A DNA stretch of 10,567 bases from an uncultured Solirubrobacteraceae bacterium. GTDB lineage: Bacteria; Actinomycetota; Thermoleophilia; Solirubrobacterales; Solirubrobacteraceae. The notes under the pieces were generated by a model. The model did no database searches and was not told where the DNA came from. It worked only from the letters and a program-made list of their open reading frames with translations. This document shows positions 1-7,662 of this stretch, one piece after another. The stretch is from assembly GCA_964588985.1 (NCBI GenBank), contig CAZPQW010000020.1, positions 50,937-61,503 on the forward strand, written 5' to 3'. Made by a program: the position numbers and the translations under genes. Numbering within the stretch: the stretch's first letter is position 1; the number at the start of each line of letters is the position of its first letter.

Positions 1-343
1 CCTGCCACAGCGAGTGTTTGGGACCCTGAATCCAGACTTCAAACTTCCCTTCAATGTTCTGCGCTATCGGACTCGAATACGTCGTGTTTTCGCCCTCGAC
101 CTGAAATTTGTGCCATGTACCGGATTCTGGCCACACCTGCCACAGTGAATGATTAGGTCCCTGAATCCAGATTTCAAACTTCCCTTCAATGTCTTGCGCG
201 ACCGGATTCGAGAACGTTGTATTTTCGCCCTCAATCTGGTTCTTGTGCCAAGTACCCGCTTCGGGCCAAATCTGCCATAGCGAGTGGTTTGGACCCTCCA
301 CAAACATTTCGTACTTACCGTTGATGTATTGCAGTTCGGGCGA
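1..343 (-). repeat. Intragenic 135-bp (45-aa) tandem repeat, about 2.5 copies visible, continuing beyond the window
   Basis: cctgccacag at 1 and 136 and tctgccatag at 271; ccctgaatccaga at 24 and 159. Period 135 nt, in frame. Shared core: G-K-(Y/F)-E-x-(F/W)-x-x-G-P-x-H-S-L-W-Q-x-W-P-E-x-G-T-W-H-K-x-Q-x-E-G-E-N-T-T-(F/Y)-S-x-P. Confidence 0.95.
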
Positions 344-2032
344 GGGCGTCAATGGGGTCGAGAAGGTTTTATCTTCCCCGGTGCTCGTCCCGGTTGGGTT
401 GACTGCAACTAGTCGATAGTGATAGGTCGATCCACCAGGCAAGCCTGTAATAGTGCTACTGACTGGCACGCTGCTTGTACCTGGCGCCAGTTCGCCAGGT
501 GTTTGAGGCCATGTTTTGCCATAGGAAGTGGTGGAGCCGTATTCGAAATAGTAGTGCGTCTGCAGCGCATTCGGATTGACGGTTCCATTCAGCGCGGCAG
601 ATGCTTCCAGCACGCCTTCTTCTTGGATATTCGACGCTGCAGTCGTGGTCGCAGTCGGCCGCAGTGCGGTGTATTCCGTCCAGGCCTGAAGGTTTCCCGT
701 GCTGGCGCCCAGCCCGGTAAAGCCTCCACCCTCGGTTCCGTGCTCAATACCGATAAGCGCATATTCGCTGGGGTTGGTTGAGAGCACCCGTTTAGAGGAG
801 GGAGTGCTACATCCACCTTCATTGTAGTGCTGACTATTTTCGTGTTTTTCGGACATATCGAGGCTGATCGCGCTTTCGAGATCGCCCTTAGTAATGCCTG
901 CTATTTGGCGTCTCCAAGGTTCGCTATTCGATCCTGTGAAGCTAAAGGTGTTCTTCGATTCGGGGAACTCAGTTGCGAATCGCATATTGGGCGCGAACGC
1001 AGTGATTGGCTGATCGACTGCGTGAGACCCAACCGAGGCACAGGCACCGATAGCATCGTAGTGTTCGATATGTGGCCCAGCCGTCCCTGTCCATTGAGCA
1101 AGGCAGTACTCCAGAATGTTGCCGTGGGGTTCCTCTAGCAAGGGACATACATACCCCCAGTCGAACCCCGCCTGCCCGGTCCATGGATTGGTGTTGGCCG
1201 AGATGACGAGAGTCGGTTCGCCAAAGGAACTGCTCCAAGGGAGGTCATTAAGCCCTTGTTCCGCGAGCGAAATGTAATGCTGGATACCGCATACTATGTT
1301 AGGGGCGCATTTGTTGGTATCTGTACCCGATACCTTCTGACCCCAGAAGGCTTCATGCGCTTGACAGGTACTACTGTAGTGATTTGCCTCCTGATACGCA
1401 CCGAACGGAGTCGGCGTTTCGAACCCCGTGACACTCAACTCGTTGGCTGTATCAGTCGTGTCGAGACCTTCGCCAAGGTTGTAGTCATTGCAGTAATCTC
1501 CGCTGCGTGTCGTCAAAATATCCGCTGTCACCGCGCCTTCAATGATCTGTGGTCCCGTCGGAAGGTAATAGGGACCCACAGTGTCACATCGATAGGCGCT
1601 TTCCCGTGGCTCTCCAGCCTGCCAACAGTTTTCATGCGACGTGAACCAGCTATACCAATAGATGCTTTCTCGCGTACTTGGTGTCAGTACGAGTGGAGCA
1701 AGCGCTGAGGAGGCGCCGCCTGTCGACGAGCCCCCCACCAGTGCTTGCTGCGCTGGATGGGCTCCGGGTTCTGCAGGAGACGAGTGCGGTTCGGTGGTCG
1801 GGATGACTACGCTGACTTCGGGAGGCGCCACTCCGCCTTGCACGAGATTTGGAGGTAGAGGGGCACCAGTCCCCTGAAGAGTCGAACTGCTAGCGGCGGC
1901 GACTGGGGCTGCACCCAGCGACACTGCAACGGCGAATAGAACGAGGAGGACGATCCTATGCGCTTTCCTACGTGTGCGACTCGACGTGCCTCGGCCTACT
2001 CCCGACGCCACGATTAGCCTCCGTTTTGACAT
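1..2032 (-). CDS. Large secreted multidomain protein (signal peptide, Cys-rich unknown domain, FN3-like domain, 45-aa beta-propeller/lectin-like repeats); 3' end truncated by the window edge
   Basis: Translated by hand; absent from the ORF track because there is no stop in the window. ATG at 2032 follows GGGAGGGTGAGC (SD) and opens 677 stop-free codons to the edge. MSKRRLIV...RTRRKAHRIVLLVLFAVAVSLGAAPVAAA|SSS is a signal peptide, followed by a Pro/Ser/Ala linker and a domain with 10 Cys (aa ~123-456). An FN3-like segment follows (ASAALNGTVNPNALQTHYYFEYGSTTSYG...TITGLPGGSTYHYRLVAVNPTGTSTGEDKTFST, nt ~661-353), then tandem repeats such as FEIWIQGPNHSLWQVWPESGTWHKFQVEGENTTYSSP. Confidence 0.93.
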   Translation of the reverse strand, partial: MSKRRLIVASGVGRGTSSRTRRKAHRIVLLVLFAVAVSLGAAPVAAASSSTLQGTGAPLPPNLVQGGVAPPEVSVVIPTTEPHSSPAEPGAHPAQQALVGGSSTGGASSALAPLVLTPSTRESIYWYSWFTSHENCWQAGEPRESAYRCDTVGPYYLPTGPQIIEGAVTADILTTRSGDYCNDYNLGEGLDTTDTANELSVTGFETPTPFGAYQEANHYSSTCQAHEAFWGQKVSGTDTNKCAPNIVCGIQHYISLAEQGLNDLPWSSSFGEPTLVISANTNPWTGQAGFDWGYVCPLLEEPHGNILEYCLAQWTGTAGPHIEHYDAIGACASVGSHAVDQPITAFAPNMRFATEFPESKNTFSFTGSNSEPWRRQIAGITKGDLESAISLDMSEKHENSQHYNEGGCSTPSSKRVLSTNPSEYALIGIEHGTEGGGFTGLGASTGNLQAWTEYTALRPTATTTAASNIQEEGVLEASAALNGTVNPNALQTHYYFEYGSTTSYGKTWPQTPGELAPGTSSVPVSSTITGLPGGSTYHYRLVAVNPTGTSTGEDKTFSTPLTPSPELQYINGKYEMFVEGPNHSLWQIWPEAGTWHKNQIEGENTTFSNPVAQDIEGKFEIWIQGPNHSLWQVWPESGTWHKFQVEGENTTYSSPIAQNIEGKFEVWIQGPKHSLWQ

Positions 2033-2101
2033 GCTCACCCTCCCAGCTCGTGTTTGGCTCGCCCTATTCATACGCAGCGATATCCAGCCATTGAAGCCGC
2101 G

Positions 2102-2130
2102 AGCGTAGGTGAGTAGCTCAATGGCGTCAA
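2102..2130 (-). promoter_or_regulatory. Housekeeping sigma70-type promoter for the secreted protein gene
   Basis: Minus strand TTGACG (2130-2125), 17-nt spacer CCATTGAGCTACTCACC, then TACGCT (2107-2102), about 70 nt upstream of the ATG at 2032. Matches the TTGACN-17-TANNNT consensus. Confidence 0.7.
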
Positions 2131-2134
2131 GATG

Positions 2135-3136
2135 TCACCTATAGGAACAATCTGTGCATCGGGATGATTGAGTACTGTCACGGCAATCGTTTACTAATGT
2201 GTCATTCAGGGCCTCTGCCACACTCTCGCCGAGAACCGTGAGCCGCGATGCGTTGGGACGCCCCGCTCCGCTCGATTGCTTGACGAGCAGACCAGCGTTC
2301 GCCAGTCGTGCGAGAAGGCCAGAGACCTGCCCAAGATGCGATACGCCGATTCCGGCCGCGACGGCCTTGTTGCTTGACCCTGGATTTGTTGCTAGGAAGA
2401 TGATGCAGGAACGCGCACGATAAGCACCGGGGCGCCGCAGGCCAGCCGGAATCTGCGCGTTGGCAAGCAACGAAGGCGCCTTTGACAGGCATTCCTCTGC
2501 AAGCGCACGCGCCATGTCGTCTGCTCTTTCCTTCTCGCGCAAGACAGTAGCCGGATCGAGATACGGCGTGACAACGAGACCCACCAGCTCACCTAGCAGG
2601 CTGATAAAGGGTGGAGCCTCTTCGTTGACCAATCGATTATGGAGGATGCCCGCTACAGCCGCTACCGATGCCTCAGCGGCCAGCTCGGAGCCCTGGAGGG
2701 TTTGCACCTGTTCACGGCCCATAGCCACCATTGGATTCAATGTCGCCAACACGCGTGCGCGATGTCGTAGGACGTCGGAACTCCCCGCCAGCGACTCGAC
2801 CAAACAGACGCGTGCGAGCAACGGTTCCCGATCCAAGGAGATCAGCAGCGCCGCGACCGCTGCCAATACCCCGTCCTGCCAGATGCTCTCTCGTTCGAAC
2901 GCTGCGGACATTCGACCGGCTGACTGGCTCAACACTTGCTGCACGGCCGCCAGGATGCAGCTCTCCAAATCCTCGAATAGGGCGTAGAACGTGGAGCGCG
3001 AAACGCCGGCGCGCGCGATCACGCGTGCGACTGTGGCCCCACGCATCCCGCGCTCAGCCAATATCTGCATCGTCGCCTCATGGATGCGCGCCCGCTGCGT
3101 ATCCATGACCTGCCCGCGCGATAACGGGCTGCTCAT
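2135..3136 (-). CDS. TetR/AcrR-family transcriptional regulator with an additional C-terminal winged HTH (MarR-like)
   Basis: N-terminal TetR HTH QRARIHEATMQILAERGMRGATVARVIARAGVSRSTFYALF, a helical ligand-binding-type middle, and C-terminal IIFLATNPGSSNKAVAAGIGVSHLGQVSGLLARLANAGLLVKQSSGAGRPNASRLTVLG (wHTH pattern). Start overlaps the upstream stop (ATGA, 3133-3136). Confidence 0.9.
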   Translation of the reverse strand: MSSPLSRGQVMDTQRARIHEATMQILAERGMRGATVARVIARAGVSRSTFYALFEDLESCILAAVQQVLSQSAGRMSAAFERESIWQDGVLAAVAALLISLDREPLLARVCLVESLAGSSDVLRHRARVLATLNPMVAMGREQVQTLQGSELAAEASVAAVAGILHNRLVNEEAPPFISLLGELVGLVVTPYLDPATVLREKERADDMARALAEECLSKAPSLLANAQIPAGLRRPGAYRARSCIIFLATNPGSSNKAVAAGIGVSHLGQVSGLLARLANAGLLVKQSSGAGRPNASRLTVLGESVAEALNDTLVNDCRDSTQSSRCTDCSYR

Positions 3137-3849
3137 CTACTGCCCGATTGCGGGCGCTTGCTGCGTTCTTGACCGCGTGAGCTTTGATGGCTACGCCCAC
3201 ATCGTCGAAGTGCTACCTCAAGGCGCAACTCGGCTGCTGTTGCGACTTTCAGAGCCTCATGGTGTGCGATCTGCACATCGCGGAGCTGCTGCGCAAGAGA
3301 ACCTTGCTCCTCGAGGGCGACATCGAGATCGTGTTCAGCTAGTGAGAGAGCGCCGTCGAGGAGCTTCATCTCGCGGCGGACGTGCGGTCGACTCAAGTCC
3401 CATTGACGAGCGAACTCGAGGATCATGCCGTCCTCGTCCTCGCCCCCAAGAGAGAGGATCATTGGATGATCGCGTGAGTCGCTTCGGCGCGACAGTCCGG
3501 GCCACCAGATTCGAGCTGCGCCCGATGCGAGCGCTAGCTTGCGTGTCAACGTTCGCTGTAGCGAGGTATGCTGCTGCATACCCAGGACGAGATACACAGG
3601 GACACGTGGACCGACGATCGCCAGCACATCCGTGTAGGCGAGCACAGGTTCATCAGTTTCTCTAGAGCGGGAGAGCCCGATGATTGGCGTGAGTCGCTCG
3701 GAAGAGAGAAGAAGCGACTCAAGATCCTTCACGCTCGTCTTGTCGCGCACCACGGACAGCCCGTCGCTAGTGATTGCTTGCTCCGCCTCGTCCACGTTCT
3801 CGGTCCGGTGAGAGGCGCTGCCACGAGGATTTTTGCTCCGCCCAGCCAT
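3133..3849 (-). CDS. Hypothetical protein (alpha/beta N-terminal domain plus C-terminal coiled coil)
   Basis: 238-aa ORF filling the gap between the terpene synthase and TetR, with ATGA coupling to TetR. Globular segment LLLSSERLTPIIGLS...PRVPVYLV...GAARIWWPG and a heptad-like helix EMKLLDGALSLAEHDLDVALEEQGSLAQQLRDVQIAHHEALKVATAAELRLEVAL. Confidence 0.8.
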   Translation of the reverse strand: MAGRSKNPRGSASHRTENVDEAEQAITSDGLSVVRDKTSVKDLESLLLSSERLTPIIGLSRSRETDEPVLAYTDVLAIVGPRVPVYLVLGMQQHTSLQRTLTRKLALASGAARIWWPGLSRRSDSRDHPMILSLGGEDEDGMILEFARQWDLSRPHVRREMKLLDGALSLAEHDLDVALEEQGSLAQQLRDVQIAHHEALKVATAAELRLEVALRRCGRSHQSSRGQERSKRPQSGSR

Positions 3850-3894
3850 GATCGAGCATGATGCTTACTCAAGCGAGCGCGGACTAGTCAAAAG

Positions 3895-3906
3895 TTGAAT
3901 ATTCAA
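3895..3906. promoter_or_regulatory. Perfect 12-bp palindrome TTGAATATTCAA, candidate operator
   Basis: AT-rich perfect palindrome in the 66-bp gap upstream of the hypothetical-TetR pair. It sits next to GACTAGTC (3882-3889) and a minus-strand TTGACT (3891-3886). Function is inferred. Confidence 0.5.
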
Positions 3907-3915
3907 ACTGCAGCG

Positions 3916-5049
3916 CTATGTGCCCGATAGCTCTAATCGCTGAAGGGGACTCGCAGACGGAGGCGGGCGACCAACAAAGAGATTTGCAGCGCGCCGGGCG
4001 TGCATGACGAGCATCGTGGGTGTCGTGAGATGCCCCATGCTGGCGAGCACCTGTTTCTTCGCGAGGAGAGCATCGGGAGTTGTTGCCTGCGGATCGGAGA
4101 GGTAGAAGCTGGCCATTGCTGTCAGGAGCATGGCGTGGTTTGCTGGGTTCGGAAGTCTTTTGGCGCGATTCACGGCCTGTTTTGCGATCATCTCCATTCG
4201 TAACGCTGTTTCCGCTGGTGAGCGGTAGTAGTCGATGAGGCTGCGTTGGCCGGGGTCGGTGGTGTCCTCGTGGTGGTCGATCAGGCTGTCGAGCAGCGTG
4301 TGGAGGGCGCCGATCCAGGGGTAGTAGGTGCCGTCAAGAGCCTCTGCTTGCTGGGGTGTTAGGCCGGGGTCGGCCATTGCGCCTATGAGCGCGAGCGCAG
4401 CGAGTGATGATCCGGCAGCGGCGCCGGTCTCCCACCATCGAAGGCCGGTGTTTAGCCGGGTTTGCTGGCGCGCCCAGGCCGTGAACGCGCCGTAGGATCG
4501 GTCGGCGTCGCCGTGGTTGAGGCTTTGATAGCTGACGCAGCGCTTTGTGGCTCGCCGCAACTGGGGGAGGCAGGTCGCATAGGACGGTAGGCTCGCGAGA
4601 GCAGATCGGCACGTCGCGATGAGCGCGTCTAGATAGCTGCTGTCGTCGGCGGTTTCGTGATGGGCGTAATAGTTGAAGTGCGTCGGCTGAGGATCGGTCG
4701 CGTCGATGAGGGCTTGGTTGAGTTGGCGACCGTTCGTAATCGGGTCTGCATTGGGTTGCTCGGCAACCGTGTCGAGATAGTCGAAGATGATCTGGTAGGC
4801 CGTGAGGGCCGTAATGACCGGGCGCTGTGTGGCGCGTGGCACGAATGCGGCGAAGGCTACGGCGCCCTCGAGGCTACGGCGCTTGGCGTGCTGGGAGTCG
4901 AGGGCTAGACGGCGAAGTGTCGGGTTCTCGATTTCCTGAGCGTGCGCGTACCATCGGCTTAGCTCACAGCGGAAGTGCGGAAATACTCCGAGCCAGTAGC
5001 GTTGCGCGGCTTGTACGAAGGCACCTGCTGTGACGAGTGGTGACGCCAT
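3916..5049 (-). CDS. DUF2600-family class IB terpene synthase (tetraprenyl-beta-curcumene synthase/YtpB-like)
   Basis: Family motifs: ELSRW...LRRLALDS...K...EG; YQIIFDYLDTVAE (nt 4782-4759 for DYLDTVAE; family DYLDNLxD); YQSLNH; WWETGAAAGSSL; YYPWIGALHTLLDSLIDHHED (DSLIDHHED at nt 4290-4264; family DYxIDxxED) followed by SLIDYY. Length 377 aa is typical of the family. Confidence 0.9.
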   Translation of the reverse strand: MASPLVTAGAFVQAAQRYWLGVFPHFRCELSRWYAHAQEIENPTLRRLALDSQHAKRRSLEGAVAFAAFVPRATQRPVITALTAYQIIFDYLDTVAEQPNADPITNGRQLNQALIDATDPQPTHFNYYAHHETADDSSYLDALIATCRSALASLPSYATCLPQLRRATKRCVSYQSLNHGDADRSYGAFTAWARQQTRLNTGLRWWETGAAAGSSLAALALIGAMADPGLTPQQAEALDGTYYPWIGALHTLLDSLIDHHEDTTDPGQRSLIDYYRSPAETALRMEMIAKQAVNRAKRLPNPANHAMLLTAMASFYLSDPQATTPDALLAKKQVLASMGHLTTPTMLVMHARRAANLFVGRPPPSASPLQRLELSGT

Positions 5050-5097
5050 GCGTATAGCTTCGCGTCCCCGCTGCTCCTACTGGCGCGACTCGTGGCT

Positions 5098-7662
5098 TCA
5101 TTCTTGGAGACTAAGCCGAGCGGTAACGCGCGCTGCCAAAAGGCCGGGCAACGCGATGACGGCCATAGCGATGCTTGCCAGCAAGGCGAGTGTGCCCGCG
5201 ATCTGCGTCGTGTCGGTCGAGAAGGGTGCTGGGAAGCCGGTGATTTCGATGAGCGCACGAGAGCCGAGCGCATGTCCGTATATCCCCAGGCCGGTACCCA
5301 CTACGCCGCCGATTGCGAGGACGATCGCGCACTCCAGCAGGAGCCCTCGCCAGAGCTGGCGGCGGTCGTAGCCTTGGATCTTCATCGAGGCTAGCCGCGG
5401 CCGTCGCTGCCAGATGACTGCACAGAGGGCAGCGGCGACAGCGAGAGCAGCGGCAAGGATCAGGAGTGTCGCTATCTCGCTGAGACTTCGCAGCCCTTCG
5501 CTGACGGTCCTCTCAACCTCACCGATGCGCTCGTGAGCGCTCTGCACGCGCAGGGCTGGGTTGTATCCGAGAGCTGCGTAGACGCTGTGCTTGCCGGCCG
5601 CTGTGCTCACACCGGGCTTGAGGCTGACCGCGAGCGTCGTAGGATCGCCCGCCCGCCAGAAGTGGGTGTAGTCGTGGGTGTTGATCGTGATCGTGCCCGA
5701 CGGCCATCCGATGTTCGTCGTGATCGCCGCGACGCCAAAGCGCACACTGCCCGATGGCGTTGGAAGGGAGAATGAGCCTCCGACCTTCAAGCCGTGTTCC
5801 TCTGCGTAGCCACTTGAGACCGTGGCCCAACCGCCTCGCCGGAGCAGGTTAGTTGCGCGCACGTAGTCGCCCCGTAGGAGTTGGCTGGAGAGAATCATTG
5901 CGTTGCCGCTGGCGGGCGTAGCGCGTATCCACAGGCGGTGGCTACCAACGTCGAGAAAGCCTCCTTGATGGGCGAGCACCGAAGCGACACCGGGAGCCCG
6001 AGCTATCGCCGAGAGCGTGCGGCTATCGATAGTGATGCTGTTGGCGTCGAAGATGTTGGCGTCGGGCGTGACCCATATCTGAGCTGCGCTCCACTCTTGG
6101 ACGATCGCTTGATCGAGGCCGCGCAGTACGTCACGTTGAGCGCCGCCGACTGCGACGCTGCCGTACACCGCGAGTGCAGCGATCCCGGCGAGCGCAACCG
6201 AACGCGTGGAGATCGCGCTCAGCTCGCGCGTAGCGAGGATGAGCCCACTCCCGCGAAGCTGCTCACTAGCGCGCGAAAGGCCGCGTGCTACTCCGGCGAA
6301 GACGACGGGGATAAGGCAGAGAGTGGCAAGCGCGAGGATCACGCCACCCGCCAGCGTGAGCGTCGGCCATAGCAGCACGAGCATCGTTGTGATCGCGACC
6401 AGGGCCACGCCTACAGCCCCGAGCATGAGGATCGTGCGTGGGCTGATGCTCTCGCTGCCGTTTCCCGCTGCACGGTAGGCAGCGTCACGAGCTCGCCTCG
6501 GGTTGAGGTCGAGCACCATTGGGAGCGACGCGAGCAGCGTGGCGGCCATTCCACATGCGATCGCCAGGAGCACGATCGGCAGCGAGACCACCTGCTGCGA
6601 GCCGATCGGGAACACCGACGCGAGATACGCAGGCACATGATGGAAGAGAAGACGAGAGAGCGCGTATCCGAGCATCACCCCGGCGAATGACGCAGCGACA
6701 CCGAGTGCTACTGCCTCACATCCCAGGATGATGAGCGCCTGACGCCAGTCATACCCCTGCATCCGGAGATCCGCGATGAATCGCCGCCGCTCGGGAACAG
6801 TGAGCAGCATCGCGCAGAGCGCGAGCAGAAAGCCGACCATGATGCTGAGGGCAGCGAACAGACTCGTCGCTTGGTCATTGGGCTTGACCGCTTCGTCAAG
6901 CAGCCGCAGCTCGTTGTCGGCAGGGAGCACATCGAGCCGCCCTGCTGCCAGCGACCGCAGCTCGCGGGCGACGAGAGGAGTCGCACCCTTGTTGGGCTTG
7001 ACGAGGACCACGGTCGCGCGCCCCGCAAGGCCCGTGAGCTTCTGCGCGACCGGCAGCAGCGCTATGGCGACAGAACTCGACGCGAGTGCGCCGAACTCGG
7101 CGCCGGTGAGTACCGCGCCGACCCTCACGCGGCGAGCCACCCCCGCAGTCAAGACACTGACGAGATCGCCTGGTTCCACGCCCGTTGCTTCAGCGACGCT
7201 TTGCGACAGGATCAGACCGTCCGCGACGCGAAACCCAAATTGGCCGAAGTTGCGGCTACCAAGGCTCCCCAAGCCAACGATGTCCACGCCGAGGCCCACG
7301 AGTTGCACGGGTCTCGCGCCCCTTCGCCCCACCACTGTGATGTTCTCGCGCAGAACCGGAGCCGATGCCTGCACGCCAGGCAGTTGCGCCACGGTGCTGG
7401 CTATCCGTTCATCGAAGCCCGCCGGAGAACGACCGGCGAGCTGTAGTCGGGCGGAGCCCACGACTTGGTGCATAAGTTCCCCGGCCGAGCCGGTCAGGCT
7501 CGTGTTCGCGACGAGCACGCCAAAGACGAGCGCCACCCCGACCGCGATCCCGCTGCCAGCCAGCAGCTCTTGTCCCGTATGCAGCCGCAGCCGCCGGCCA
7601 CAGATGTGCAGCAGCATCGTGAACCGCAGCCCGAGGACCCGCGGGGTTCGAGACCGTCTCAC
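5098..7662 (-). CDS. Type VII (MacB/FtsX-like) ABC transporter permease with two fused FtsX repeats
   Basis: 854 aa. TM1 GIAVGVALVFGVLV is followed by a large extracytoplasmic domain. The coupling-helix motif occurs twice: ERRRFIADLRMQGYDWRQALIILGCEA and QRRPRLASMKIQGYDRRQLWRGLLLEC. C-terminus ALPGLLAARV...SLQE. GTG start overlaps the ATPase stop (GTGA, 7659-7662). Confidence 0.93.
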   Translation of the reverse strand: MRRSRTPRVLGLRFTMLLHICGRRLRLHTGQELLAGSGIAVGVALVFGVLVANTSLTGSAGELMHQVVGSARLQLAGRSPAGFDERIASTVAQLPGVQASAPVLRENITVVGRRGARPVQLVGLGVDIVGLGSLGSRNFGQFGFRVADGLILSQSVAEATGVEPGDLVSVLTAGVARRVRVGAVLTGAEFGALASSSVAIALLPVAQKLTGLAGRATVVLVKPNKGATPLVARELRSLAAGRLDVLPADNELRLLDEAVKPNDQATSLFAALSIMVGFLLALCAMLLTVPERRRFIADLRMQGYDWRQALIILGCEAVALGVAASFAGVMLGYALSRLLFHHVPAYLASVFPIGSQQVVSLPIVLLAIACGMAATLLASLPMVLDLNPRRARDAAYRAAGNGSESISPRTILMLGAVGVALVAITTMLVLLWPTLTLAGGVILALATLCLIPVVFAGVARGLSRASEQLRGSGLILATRELSAISTRSVALAGIAALAVYGSVAVGGAQRDVLRGLDQAIVQEWSAAQIWVTPDANIFDANSITIDSRTLSAIARAPGVASVLAHQGGFLDVGSHRLWIRATPASGNAMILSSQLLRGDYVRATNLLRRGGWATVSSGYAEEHGLKVGGSFSLPTPSGSVRFGVAAITTNIGWPSGTITINTHDYTHFWRAGDPTTLAVSLKPGVSTAAGKHSVYAALGYNPALRVQSAHERIGEVERTVSEGLRSLSEIATLLILAAALAVAAALCAVIWQRRPRLASMKIQGYDRRQLWRGLLLECAIVLAIGGVVGTGLGIYGHALGSRALIEITGFPAPFSTDTTQIAGTLALLASIAMAVIALPGLLAARVTARLSLQE

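Noticed and set aside
1-343. 135-bp repeats as a CRISPR array or DGR template/variable repeat pair
   Set aside because: There is no constant repeat with unique spacers. The units are in-frame protein repeats with many synonymous differences not confined to adenines, and no cas or reverse transcriptase gene is in the window.
64-1877. Short ORF-track entries on both strands across the left 2 kb
   Set aside because: They are shadows of the continuous minus-strand frame 2032 to <1, which has an SD, a promoter, a signal peptide and recognisable domains.
1955-2032. Tat signal in the secreted protein (KRRLIV, TRRKAH)
   Set aside because: Neither RR pair matches S/T-R-R-x-F-L well, so the export route is left unassigned.
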